Source of the DNA: a virus
Virus record (IMG/VR): IMGVR_UViG_3300021513_000090
DNA length: 31,982 bases
Strand: one strand, 5' to 3'
The position numbers and the translations under genes are program-made. The notes under the pieces are model-generated. The model worked only from the letters and a program-made list of their open reading frames with translations. It made no database searches and had not been told where the DNA came from. Below are positions 25,525-31,982 of the stretch, piece by piece. Positions within the stretch are counted from its first letter, which is position 1; every line of letters begins with the position of its first letter.

Positions 25525-26463
25525 TCACCCTCTCCGGTTGTGGGTAAACACCCACCCTGTACCTTCATTGCGACCATCTGCTATCTGCCTGGCTATCTCA
25601 TGGAGTTTCGTTACAATCTCACCCCATTGATCGGCTTCAAGTTCAACCGTCACCGCCCATTCTTTCTTTAAGGCTTTCTCCAGTTCGATTATACGCTTTT
25701 TTACGTCGTCGATGTATTTACCGACCATTGAAGGCAACTTTAGGCGTGCTTCACAGTCGTAATCATAGAACTGTTTTATATTTGGCATACTGTACCCGAT
25801 CCCGCACCGTGCATCTATGTACACACTACCGAGTGGATACCCGCCCCATGTGCCGGCATTCTCTGCAAGGTTTACCCATTGCTTCAATACAAACAGTTCA
25901 TCAGCCCCGCCGGTTTCGATTGGCTCAACGGTGTGTTCGCTTATGTATTCGCTCCATATCTCATCTATGTTCCCGCGTCCCTCTGTAACCTCAAGTCCTA
26001 ACTCTCCGTTGGGATCATTCCTTTTAACGCTGTCTTCTGCCTCATCTTCATCACTGAAGGTTTCGACCTCATTACCGTCGGCATCGATCACGATCCAGGA
26101 TGGTTCAAACATGTCACATAACGCCTCATATTGGCTTGTGACCTCCGCCCATACGTCGTTAGAACGGCTATACGCTGCACATATCCGTATCGCATCTTCT
26201 ATGTCGCTGTTGTACCACAAACCATCATCGGTTTCCTTCTCATTGCAGTTTGCGATTATGTACGCGGCATCTTCAAGAGTGCACCCCTGATCTGTAACCT
26301 CTGTTGTGAAGTATTCCCGGATGTCTCCATATCCGCTTTCATCGAGATATAGATCATCAATGCATTCCTCACCGTCGATTATTGCCTTCTTTATATCTGG
26401 TTCGATCTCTGATATAAACTCGAACGCTGCCTTTTTAATGTCTTTAGCATATTCATATTCCAT
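25525..26463 (-). CDS. Highly acidic protein with Ocr-like N-terminal region (candidate DNA mimic)
   Basis: GAGGTTGT RBS before ATG 26463; about a quarter D/E in the first 120 aa; ETDDGLW...NDVW segment resembles T7 Ocr as recalled. Confidence 0.5.
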   Translation of the reverse strand: MEYEYAKDIKKAAFEFISEIEPDIKKAIIDGEECIDDLYLDESGYGDIREYFTTEVTDQGCTLEDAAYIIANCNEKETDDGLWYNSDIEDAIRICAAYSRSNDVWAEVTSQYEALCDMFEPSWIVIDADGNEVETFSDEDEAEDSVKRNDPNGELGLEVTEGRGNIDEIWSEYISEHTVEPIETGGADELFVLKQWVNLAENAGTWGGYPLGSVYIDARCGIGYSMPNIKQFYDYDCEARLKLPSMVGKYIDDVKKRIIELEKALKKEWAVTVELEADQWGEIVTKLHEIARQIADGRNEGTGWVFTHNRRG

Positions 26464-26492
26464 TTTTACAACCTCTTTAAAGAAAAAAGGGG

Positions 26493-27011
26493 TTAAACCC
26501 CCCTCCATAGTTCTGTTGGTATCTCTTTGCCGTCTATGGTGATTTTCTGTGTATCGGTGTTACCCGCCCATGAGTAAAACCACTTAACGACCTCTGGCAG
26601 TGTCTCCGGTGTGTAATCCAGTGACATACATCCGCGTGGATACCGGTCATGACACTGAAAGAAACCGCCCTTAAACCCCTTATCGTTGTAATGATCAAGG
26701 GTAAAATGCGCTCTCCAGTTCCAGATAGTGCCTTCACGTTCTCCAATGAATTCGCCTGATACAACCCGCATGAACGTTCTTACTTTTTCAAGTATCGCGC
26801 TCATACTGTTGTTTTCCTGTGCCCACCCGATATAAACGCTCGAACCCGCTCCAAACGCTTTAGAGATATCGTTTTTCACGATATCAACAATAACAGGATG
26901 TGCATCGATGAATTCAATGACTTTAACGTCGTGCTCATCCTGTGAATAGATATCGGGGTATTCACTGCTCTGATATGTCTTTACTTCAACTGTGCGAGAA
27001 GTTGTTTCCAT
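26493..27011 (-). CDS. Hypothetical protein
   Basis: GGAGGTCGTAAAC-ATG at 27011 (the track start 27083 lies in the promoter). Confidence 0.7.
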   Translation of the reverse strand: METTSRTVEVKTYQSSEYPDIYSQDEHDVKVIEFIDAHPVIVDIVKNDISKAFGAGSSVYIGWAQENNSMSAILEKVRTFMRVVSGEFIGEREGTIWNWRAHFTLDHYNDKGFKGGFFQCHDRYPRGCMSLDYTPETLPEVVKWFYSWAGNTDTQKITIDGKEIPTELWRGV

Positions 27012-27029
27012 GTTTACGACCTCCATATA

Positions 27030-27074
27030 ATACTTATATGTATACGTATAAGTATCACCACCCACCTTATAAAT
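27030..27074 (-). promoter_or_regulatory. TATA box with downstream palindromic operator-like site
   Basis: ATACTTATA-N8-TATAAGTAT inverted repeat; TACGTATAAGTAT shared with 29407-29419. Confidence 0.5.
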
Positions 27075-27105
27075 GTTCCGCATGGTGATACCTATACATA
27101 CCCAT

Positions 27106-27273
27106 TTATCTGTACATCATCCCGGTATCGCTGCCTGCACCATCATCAATAGCCAACAAGTATGTACCATCATCTGATAGTCTTATCTCTGCATCCAGGG
27201 CGTCCGCATCCGTCCACAGTGATTTAAAAAATATCACCGTGAATCTGATCTTATCGTATATTCTCATCCGCAT
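27106..27273 (-). CDS. Small hypothetical protein
   Basis: GAGGTC RBS before ATG 27273. Confidence 0.45.
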   Translation of the reverse strand: MRMRIYDKIRFTVIFFKSLWTDADALDAEIRLSDDGTYLLAIDDGAGSDTGMMYR

Positions 27274-27281
27274 GTGTGACC

Positions 27282-27464
27282 TCATAGATGATCGAGTTTT
27301 CCGGACTCCAGGCATGATATGATTGTACGCACCTCGTTTATGCGTATATTCATTGCAATCTCTTGTTTGGTGTCATGCCTGCGCTGTGCGTCGTCTATGT
27401 TCTGCTCCTGTGCTCGAACCCTTCTTTCCAGGGCTTCTATGATCTTCTGATATCTCTGACTCAT
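27282..27464 (-). CDS. Small coiled-coil hypothetical protein
   Basis: ATGA-coupled to the upstream gene. Confidence 0.6.
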   Translation of the reverse strand: MSQRYQKIIEALERRVRAQEQNIDDAQRRHDTKQEIAMNIRINEVRTIISCLESGKLDHL

Positions 27465-27643
27465 GGTTCTCTCCAGATGATGCTCCCGCCCAATGCTTCA
27501 ACTATTTCCGTTACTTCTGCTATCATCCGGGCTGCCTGTAAATCTACCCGGTGCCTGAACCCCTGCCTTCTCAACCGCTCTACCGCTTTGTTAAGTGCGG
27601 ATTCTGGTATTTGGGTGTTTATCGATGTTCCTGGGTTTTCCAT
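27461..27643 (-). CDS. Small hypothetical protein
   Basis: Directly after leader repeat copy 3. Confidence 0.65.
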   Translation of the reverse strand: MENPGTSINTQIPESALNKAVERLRRQGFRHRVDLQAARMIAEVTEIVEALGGSIIWREP

Positions 27644-27719
27644 GTTTACGACCTCTTTATGGTTTCACCCCTGCGATACGGTTTTAGCCGCTCACAGGGT
27701 TTATGAAAAAATAAAGAAA
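27641..27719 (-). repeat. 79-bp dispersed leader repeat, copy 3
   Basis: Identical to copy 1. Confidence 0.95.
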
Positions 27720-27803
27720 CCAGAGAACGCCCTTAAATAGTTCCCTGGATTTTTCTGTTGGTATAACGATACCGGTTTCGCCTCTGCTGTATGTTCCTGC
27801 CAT
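27684..27803 (-). pseudogene. Internally deleted paralog of 25301..25486
   Basis: MAGTYSRGETGIV/IPTEKSRELFKGVL versus MTGTYSRGETGVV.../IPTEKFRELVKDVL; stop TGA changed to TGG, so it reads into the leader repeat. Confidence 0.75.
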
Positions 27804-27811
27804 TGTTTGCC

Positions 27812-28024
27812 TCATTGGTCTACCGTATCCGTTTGATGTGGTTTATTCCAATTTTCCACTATTATTACATGGTACGTCCGGTTGTTAACGGTTATCATTC
27901 TACCCATGTTCAGATGTGGATATATACCCTGCAGATTGCTTATCGCAGCCGATAAAACTTTATCACGCCTCGCTCTCCGCTGATTTATCCGCTCACATGT
28001 TTTATTCCAATGTTCTGATGTCAT
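27812..28024 (-). CDS. Small hypothetical protein
   Basis: ATG 28024 just after the upstream gene end. Confidence 0.5.
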   Translation of the reverse strand: MTSEHWNKTCERINQRRARRDKVLSAAISNLQGIYPHLNMGRMITVNNRTYHVIIVENWNKPHQTDTVDQ

Positions 28025-28047
28025 TGTTTGCCACACCGTCCAAAAGG

Positions 28048-29007
28048 TCACACGGATTCGGTGACCCCAAACGTAACCTCTTTTCTGCAGTCCATGCACA
28101 TAACGCGGTTGTTATCCTGGTCATACCACCAGTCTATGGGTTTCGATGGTGCACAACCATCAAAATACCAACTATACCCGGCATCATCTGATGACCACAT
28201 ACCGCACCCGCACACTGCTGTTATATCCGTCTGTGCCATACTGAAGTAGTCCGGGTGATTCAAACTGAATATCTGTGGCACAGTGTAGCCGCCTCTCACG
28301 TCACACCCGCCATGTATCTGAAGGATAATATAGGGCTCACCGTCCACTTCAAATATGCCATACTGCAGCACCTGGGAGATTATGTTATCATAGTTGTACG
28401 TATTCACGATACCACCGCACGCGTATCCGTCTATATCGACCTCGTCACGCTCTAAAAACTCTTCCATGTCCTGAAGGTACGACCTATTGCCTGATGTCTC
28501 AACGATATTCTTTAATATCGCATTTAACCGCTCGGATTCGTCTGTTATGTCCAGGAACAGGGTTAAGTATCGGTATACATCGTACGATATGGTAACCTCT
28601 CCATCTCTACCGTGACCATATACGGTAACATGGCACGCGTCCCGTTTATCCCATTCATCCATAGGGATATGTCGGTTGCGCTCCCATGCTCTACCGTACG
28701 CACCGCCCGAATCCAGGATATCGCACCCGGTGTTTTCTGTTAACATCCTGATTATCCGTGCTTTTACCGGATCAGTTTCTGTTATCTCTGGTTGTGGGTT
28801 CTTTCGTTCGCTCTGTGCGCATTCTGCATCAGATAGTACGCTTGCAATCCCTCTAACCAGTGCATCCGTGCAATCGGTTGTTTCGCCTGTGGTTGTTGGT
28901 TCTACTTCTGTATCCAATAATCCAGGCGAACCGTTCGATTTAAACCGCTCATCGACGTAAGCCATCGCCCGGCACCATTCGTTTATGTCCTGTTCTATGT
29001 CTACCAT
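28048..29007 (-). CDS. Conserved-looking viral hypothetical protein
   Basis: MLTENTGxxILDSGGAYGRAWERN, NTYNY and LQIHGGCDVRGGYT motifs recalled from uncharacterised phage/archaeal-virus proteins; follows a leader hairpin. Confidence 0.7.
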   Translation of the reverse strand: MVDIEQDINEWCRAMAYVDERFKSNGSPGLLDTEVEPTTTGETTDCTDALVRGIASVLSDAECAQSERKNPQPEITETDPVKARIIRMLTENTGCDILDSGGAYGRAWERNRHIPMDEWDKRDACHVTVYGHGRDGEVTISYDVYRYLTLFLDITDESERLNAILKNIVETSGNRSYLQDMEEFLERDEVDIDGYACGGIVNTYNYDNIISQVLQYGIFEVDGEPYIILQIHGGCDVRGGYTVPQIFSLNHPDYFSMAQTDITAVCGCGMWSSDDAGYSWYFDGCAPSKPIDWWYDQDNNRVMCMDCRKEVTFGVTESV

Positions 29008-29060
29008 TTTTATGACCTCTTTACCCCCATAAGCCTGAACTTATGGGGTTTATAAAGAAA
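29008..29060 (-). promoter_or_regulatory. Leader hairpin, divergent copy
   Basis: CTTTAT-AAA-CCCCATAAG loop CTTATGGGG-GTAAAG followed by AGGTC RBS. Confidence 0.7.
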
Positions 29061-29081
29061 AAGAGGGCTGTTAACCCCTCT

Positions 29082-29207
29082 TTAATCACCATGCCTTAAA
29101 GGTATAATATCGATACCCAAATACATGAATATGCCTTTTGGTGTCATATACGGTATCGGGTAATCGTATATCTCTGCAGGCGTCTCATTCATCATCATGG
29201 TCACCAT
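29082..29207 (-). CDS. Small hypothetical protein (not in ORF track)
   Basis: 41-codon ORF overlapping the upstream stop. Confidence 0.35.
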   Translation of the reverse strand: MVTMMMNETPAEIYDYPIPYMTPKGIFMYLGIDIIPLRHGD

Positions 29208-29371
29208 TCAACAGTTACCTTGATCTGTTCTGGTACGTTGCCGGTGATAGCCTTCTTTTGTAGGTATATCGACCCCATAATAGGGCTGTCGTCCTCTGCA
29301 CCATATCGCATGGTGTTTTTGGTCTCTTTATTGCGGATAAATACCGCCTCTCTCTTATCGTTCTTTATCAT
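29201..29371 (-). CDS. Small hypothetical viral protein, first gene of the leftward block (not in ORF track)
   Basis: GAGGTGG RBS; MIKNDKREAVFIRNKETKNTMRY...GSIYLQKKAI...PEQIKVTVEW*, 56 aa. Confidence 0.65.
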   Translation of the reverse strand: MIKNDKREAVFIRNKETKNTMRYGAEDDSPIMGSIYLQKKAITGNVPEQIKVTVEW

Positions 29372-30040
29372 GGTTTATTCCACCTCTTTATATATACGTA
29401 TGCAGTTACGTATAAGTATAAGTATCGGCTTTATCCGATATAAAGGTATCGCTAGTTAAAAAATTTCACATAAAAAAATTTATAAAAACATTTAAGATAT
29501 AAAGCAACAAAAACTCAAAAATCGGTACAAAAGTGTGTGTAGTAAGCCCATACTTAACCAACTAAGTTCGTGTATGATACCCTATTTTTTGTTTGTATTC
29601 GTGAGCGTTTTTAAAATTTTTTTATAAATTTTTTAAATAAAAACGGAGAAGGCTTGTTTTTCCAAAAGGAGGCTTTAGGGGGCTTCTTTTAGCAAAAGGA
29701 GGCTTTAGAAGGCTTCTTTTTGGAAATAAGGCTTTAGAGCGCTTATTTCTGAGAATAGAGCACTATTATACCCCCTTTTTTAGGTTACCTAAAATCGCCA
29801 ATATTGCGAGTTAGGTTACCCATTTAGGTAACCTAAACAGCAAAAACGCTATCTATAGGCTGGTTACCCACATCCATGCTGGTTACGCAGGTTACCCGCC
29901 TGGCAACCCAGATGTGCATATTTGACGGTGTGGGTTGAAACATGGTTACCTCAATATCTCCCCGAATCCGCCAGATGTGCTAATATGATAGAAGGATATT
30001 GATATTTTTACCTGCCTGCCAGTGAGCGATCGGTTCGATG
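29372..30040. other. Non-coding AT-rich control region with inverted repeat, 30-bp tandem repeats and clustered GGTWACC boxes
   Basis: 16-bp IR at 29473-29488 / 29619-29634; about 30-bp tandem units 29651-29750; GGTWACC at 29783, 29814, 29827, 29862, 29890, 29944. Confidence 0.8.
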
Positions 30041-30280
30041 CGTCTATCGGGGTGACTTCAGCACGATTTCCACGATGTGTCCATTAGAGCCCCCACATCG
30101 CACAAACTCGATTGCCTGTGTTGGCACATCAATTGCATCGAGAACTATCGCCTGTCCCCACAAAAACAGTTGACCCCTGGAGGGGCGATGCCGGAGATAT
30201 ACACTGTTGTGCCAACCGTCTCTCGGCATCGTACGTGTGTCCAAAGTGCAGATATCATCTGCACCACATTCTACATAAAC

Positions 30281-31486
30281 CTATTCTCTCTCTCGTGCGG
30301 CTGCCTTAAGTTCTGCGAGTTCCTGCCGCAATGTCCTCAATTCTTCCATCACGTCAGCCCCCACCGGTTGTTCGAGTATCTGCACGTCTCTCTCGATCTC
30401 ACCGTATCTTTTCGTGTATTCTTTCGGTAGGTATATCCGGTATTCCTTCGCGATCTTATAGGCTTCTTCAGGTCGCATCACCTCAACGTAATGCATCAGC
30501 GGCATCGATGCCGACTCCCAGCCCCCGAACTTAACGAGTGTCGGCAGCCCGACATCTCCCACCATCGCGTACACAACGCTAGCCCATGTGTGCCGGATCG
30601 ACCACGAGAACTTCGGTAACCCTGCCCTGTTCTTGATAGCCCTCCCCTCGTCGCGGACAGCAGCGATGCTTGCAGGGATGATCCTGTCCCTGGGTCCCAG
30701 CCCCATCCGCTCACACCACTCCTTGATGTCGTTGTAGAGATTCATGTCGATGTATATTTCCGACGGAGGCATCTTCTTCTTGAGCTCTTCCTCGACTTCC
30801 GACTTGTGCTCTTCGACCGCCTCGATCGCGGGGATGACGCAGTACCTGTACCCGAACAGTGGGGAAACCTCCTCACGCCGGCACTCGATATCGCCACATC
30901 TGAATTCGAGAGCGTGTGAATACCGGAGCCCGGTCTGCAAGAGGAATCTCGCGAGGATGTTGTACTGTGTCTTCACATCATACGCGGTCATTCCCTTCGG
31001 GGCTCGGCTGATGCGGGAAATCGCATCAAAGATTCGGTGCAGCTCATCGAGGTTGTAGATCGGCGGGCGGCTCTTCACCCGGCTCTTCTTCATTTTGATG
31101 CCCTTGAACGGGTTGTATACCGTGTACCTCTCCTCCAGAAGCCACCGCCCAAATGCAGATAGTGTCGCGTTGATCTGTGTCTGGACTGATTTGCTGTCTG
31201 AAAGACTTCGGGAAAACCGTTCTCCATCCCCTCTGCGGATGCTATCCAGATCACGGAGATCTAGGACGTCCAACCCCTTCTGCTTGGCATACCACCTGAA
31301 AAACCGCGGCAGATACTTGTATATCCAATCCCTGAGACGCTTTGCGCTATACTCGTTGTACGCATAGTCGGAAAGGTACTCATCGACCACGATGCTCTCC
31401 AATTCCGGTGTAAGCGGCAGGGGATTATCATCAAGCCGTTTCATTAATTTATCGAGTGCAACCTCTTTCGGTATTCTATCAGCCAT
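30281..31486 (-). CDS. Tyrosine recombinase / integrase (XerC/D-like fold)
   Basis: SAM-like N-terminal region ending NPF; LLQTGLRYSHAL (Arg I); SIRH (Arg II); GGW; catalytic Tyr in MHYV; start ATG 31486. Confidence 0.88.
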   Translation of the reverse strand: MADRIPKEVALDKLMKRLDDNPLPLTPELESIVVDEYLSDYAYNEYSAKRLRDWIYKYLPRFFRWYAKQKGLDVLDLRDLDSIRRGDGERFSRSLSDSKSVQTQINATLSAFGRWLLEERYTVYNPFKGIKMKKSRVKSRPPIYNLDELHRIFDAISRISRAPKGMTAYDVKTQYNILARFLLQTGLRYSHALEFRCGDIECRREEVSPLFGYRYCVIPAIEAVEEHKSEVEEELKKKMPPSEIYIDMNLYNDIKEWCERMGLGPRDRIIPASIAAVRDEGRAIKNRAGLPKFSWSIRHTWASVVYAMVGDVGLPTLVKFGGWESASMPLMHYVEVMRPEEAYKIAKEYRIYLPKEYTKRYGEIERDVQILEQPVGADVMEELRTLRQELAELKAAARERE

Positions 31487-31736
31487 TCCTAGCCTCCAAT
31501 TCAACAATGCGCTTCGTCACGATGTCGCTGATCTCGTCGATCTGCTCTGGCGTGAGCACACGAGAATTATGTATCTCTGCATCCGTGTCGACCAGGTCTT
31601 CGACAGATTCGAGAGCATTCACATAGTCCCGGACGGCATCGTAGTCCCAAAATGTGATGTCCTCTGGATACGACACAGACATATCATCGATCTTCTGCTC
31701 GATCTCTGCACGCATCGACGCGACGGTGATGCTCAT
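31479..31736 (-). CDS. Small acidic hypothetical protein
   Basis: 85 aa, overlaps the integrase start. Confidence 0.6.
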   Translation of the reverse strand: MSITVASMRAEIEQKIDDMSVSYPEDITFWDYDAVRDYVNALESVEDLVDTDAEIHNSRVLTPEQIDEISDIVTKRIVELEARNG

Positions 31737-31788
31737 AGTCAGTTGTTTTTGCGCTGATGACTATATGTGTTTCCCTGCAGGTCGGTTG

Positions 31789-31980
31789 GTTGCAGCGCTC
31801 TTTGCTCGTTGCATCGCTTATCACCCGAAACTCATTCCGCGATCGTACCTGTTGCCTAACATACCTCATCGTTGCATCGCTCATTGCTCCGCAACTTTGC
31901 TCTGCGGCGATGTCCTCCTGGCGTTCCTCCACGTACGTTGCATCGCTTATCGCTCGTTGCATCGCTTATCACCCGAAACT
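31789..31980. repeat. Cluster of short direct repeats (GTTGCATCGCTTATC core)
   Basis: 29-bp GCTCGTTGCATCGCTTATCACCCGAAACT at 31804 and 31952; core also at about 31870 and 31936, degenerate at 31789. Confidence 0.8.
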
Positions 31981-31982
31981 TG

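Larger units (their letters stand above)
1..31982. mobile_element. Archaeal virus/provirus or integrative element (partial; no boundary seen in window)
   Basis: Tyrosine recombinase, primase-SF3 helicase, PCNA/RFC/MCM paralogs, DNA methyltransferase, lone tRNA and many small hypothetical genes in tight operons; no recognisable host housekeeping operon. Confidence 0.85.

Noticed and set aside
22863-29085. Canonical integron with attC sites
   Set aside because: Hairpins lack the RYYYAAC/GTTRRRY ends, and the recombinase is co-oriented and shows no feature I could identify as IntI-specific; kept only as an analogy
30044-30264. 66-aa ORF and an 8-bp palindrome (GTGCAGAT-ATC-ATCTGCAC) downstream of the integrase
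   Set aside because: ORF lacks an RBS or motif; the 3-nt spacer is too short for a tyrosine-recombinase core site and more likely a terminator hairpin
31684-31982. ORF 31684..31962 or a mini-CRISPR
   Set aside because: ORF overlaps the next gene and merely translates the repeats; repeats are degenerate with irregular spacing

Overview
The whole window looks like part of an archaeal virus or provirus / integrative element. Archaeal markers are PCNA, RFC-small, MCM, an A1-U72 initiator tRNA, BRE/TATA promoters and a PEF-CTERM-like tail. A Methanomicrobia/ANME-like host is inferred, not proven. No host housekeeping genes and no capsid or terminase genes are recognisable. From left to right: (1) 1-6130, + strand accessory or surface module: two Cys-every-fourth-residue repeat proteins (one fused to a Kelch propeller), a DUF4907-like protein, a beta-propeller, a sulfate-activation trio (HxGH nucleotidyltransferase, APS kinase, DUF2061-like) and a glycosidase-like propeller. 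(2) 6178-14048, mostly - strand: three paralogous Cys-rich JAB/JAMM metalloproteases, a double ribbon-helix-helix protein beside a 460-bp modular repeat array, a DnaG-type primase/SF3 helicase fusion and a GT2 glycosyltransferase. (3) 14164-19639, + strand: PCNA, a putative nuclease, small membrane or surface proteins and a complete tRNA-iMet. (4) 19673-29371, - strand: AAA-core-only MCM, collar-less RFC-small, a methyltransferase-Mrr fusion, and an array of small mosaic genes (one Ocr-like). Five genes in this block, including the methyltransferase, are preceded by a repeated leader hairpin with a conserved AAA bulge. (5) An AT-rich, repeat-rich control region, a tyrosine recombinase and short repeats at the window edge. 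The best candidates for undescribed biology are the structurally conserved leader-hairpin cassette system and the triple JAMM family. All family assignments come from motif recognition by eye; no database searches were run.
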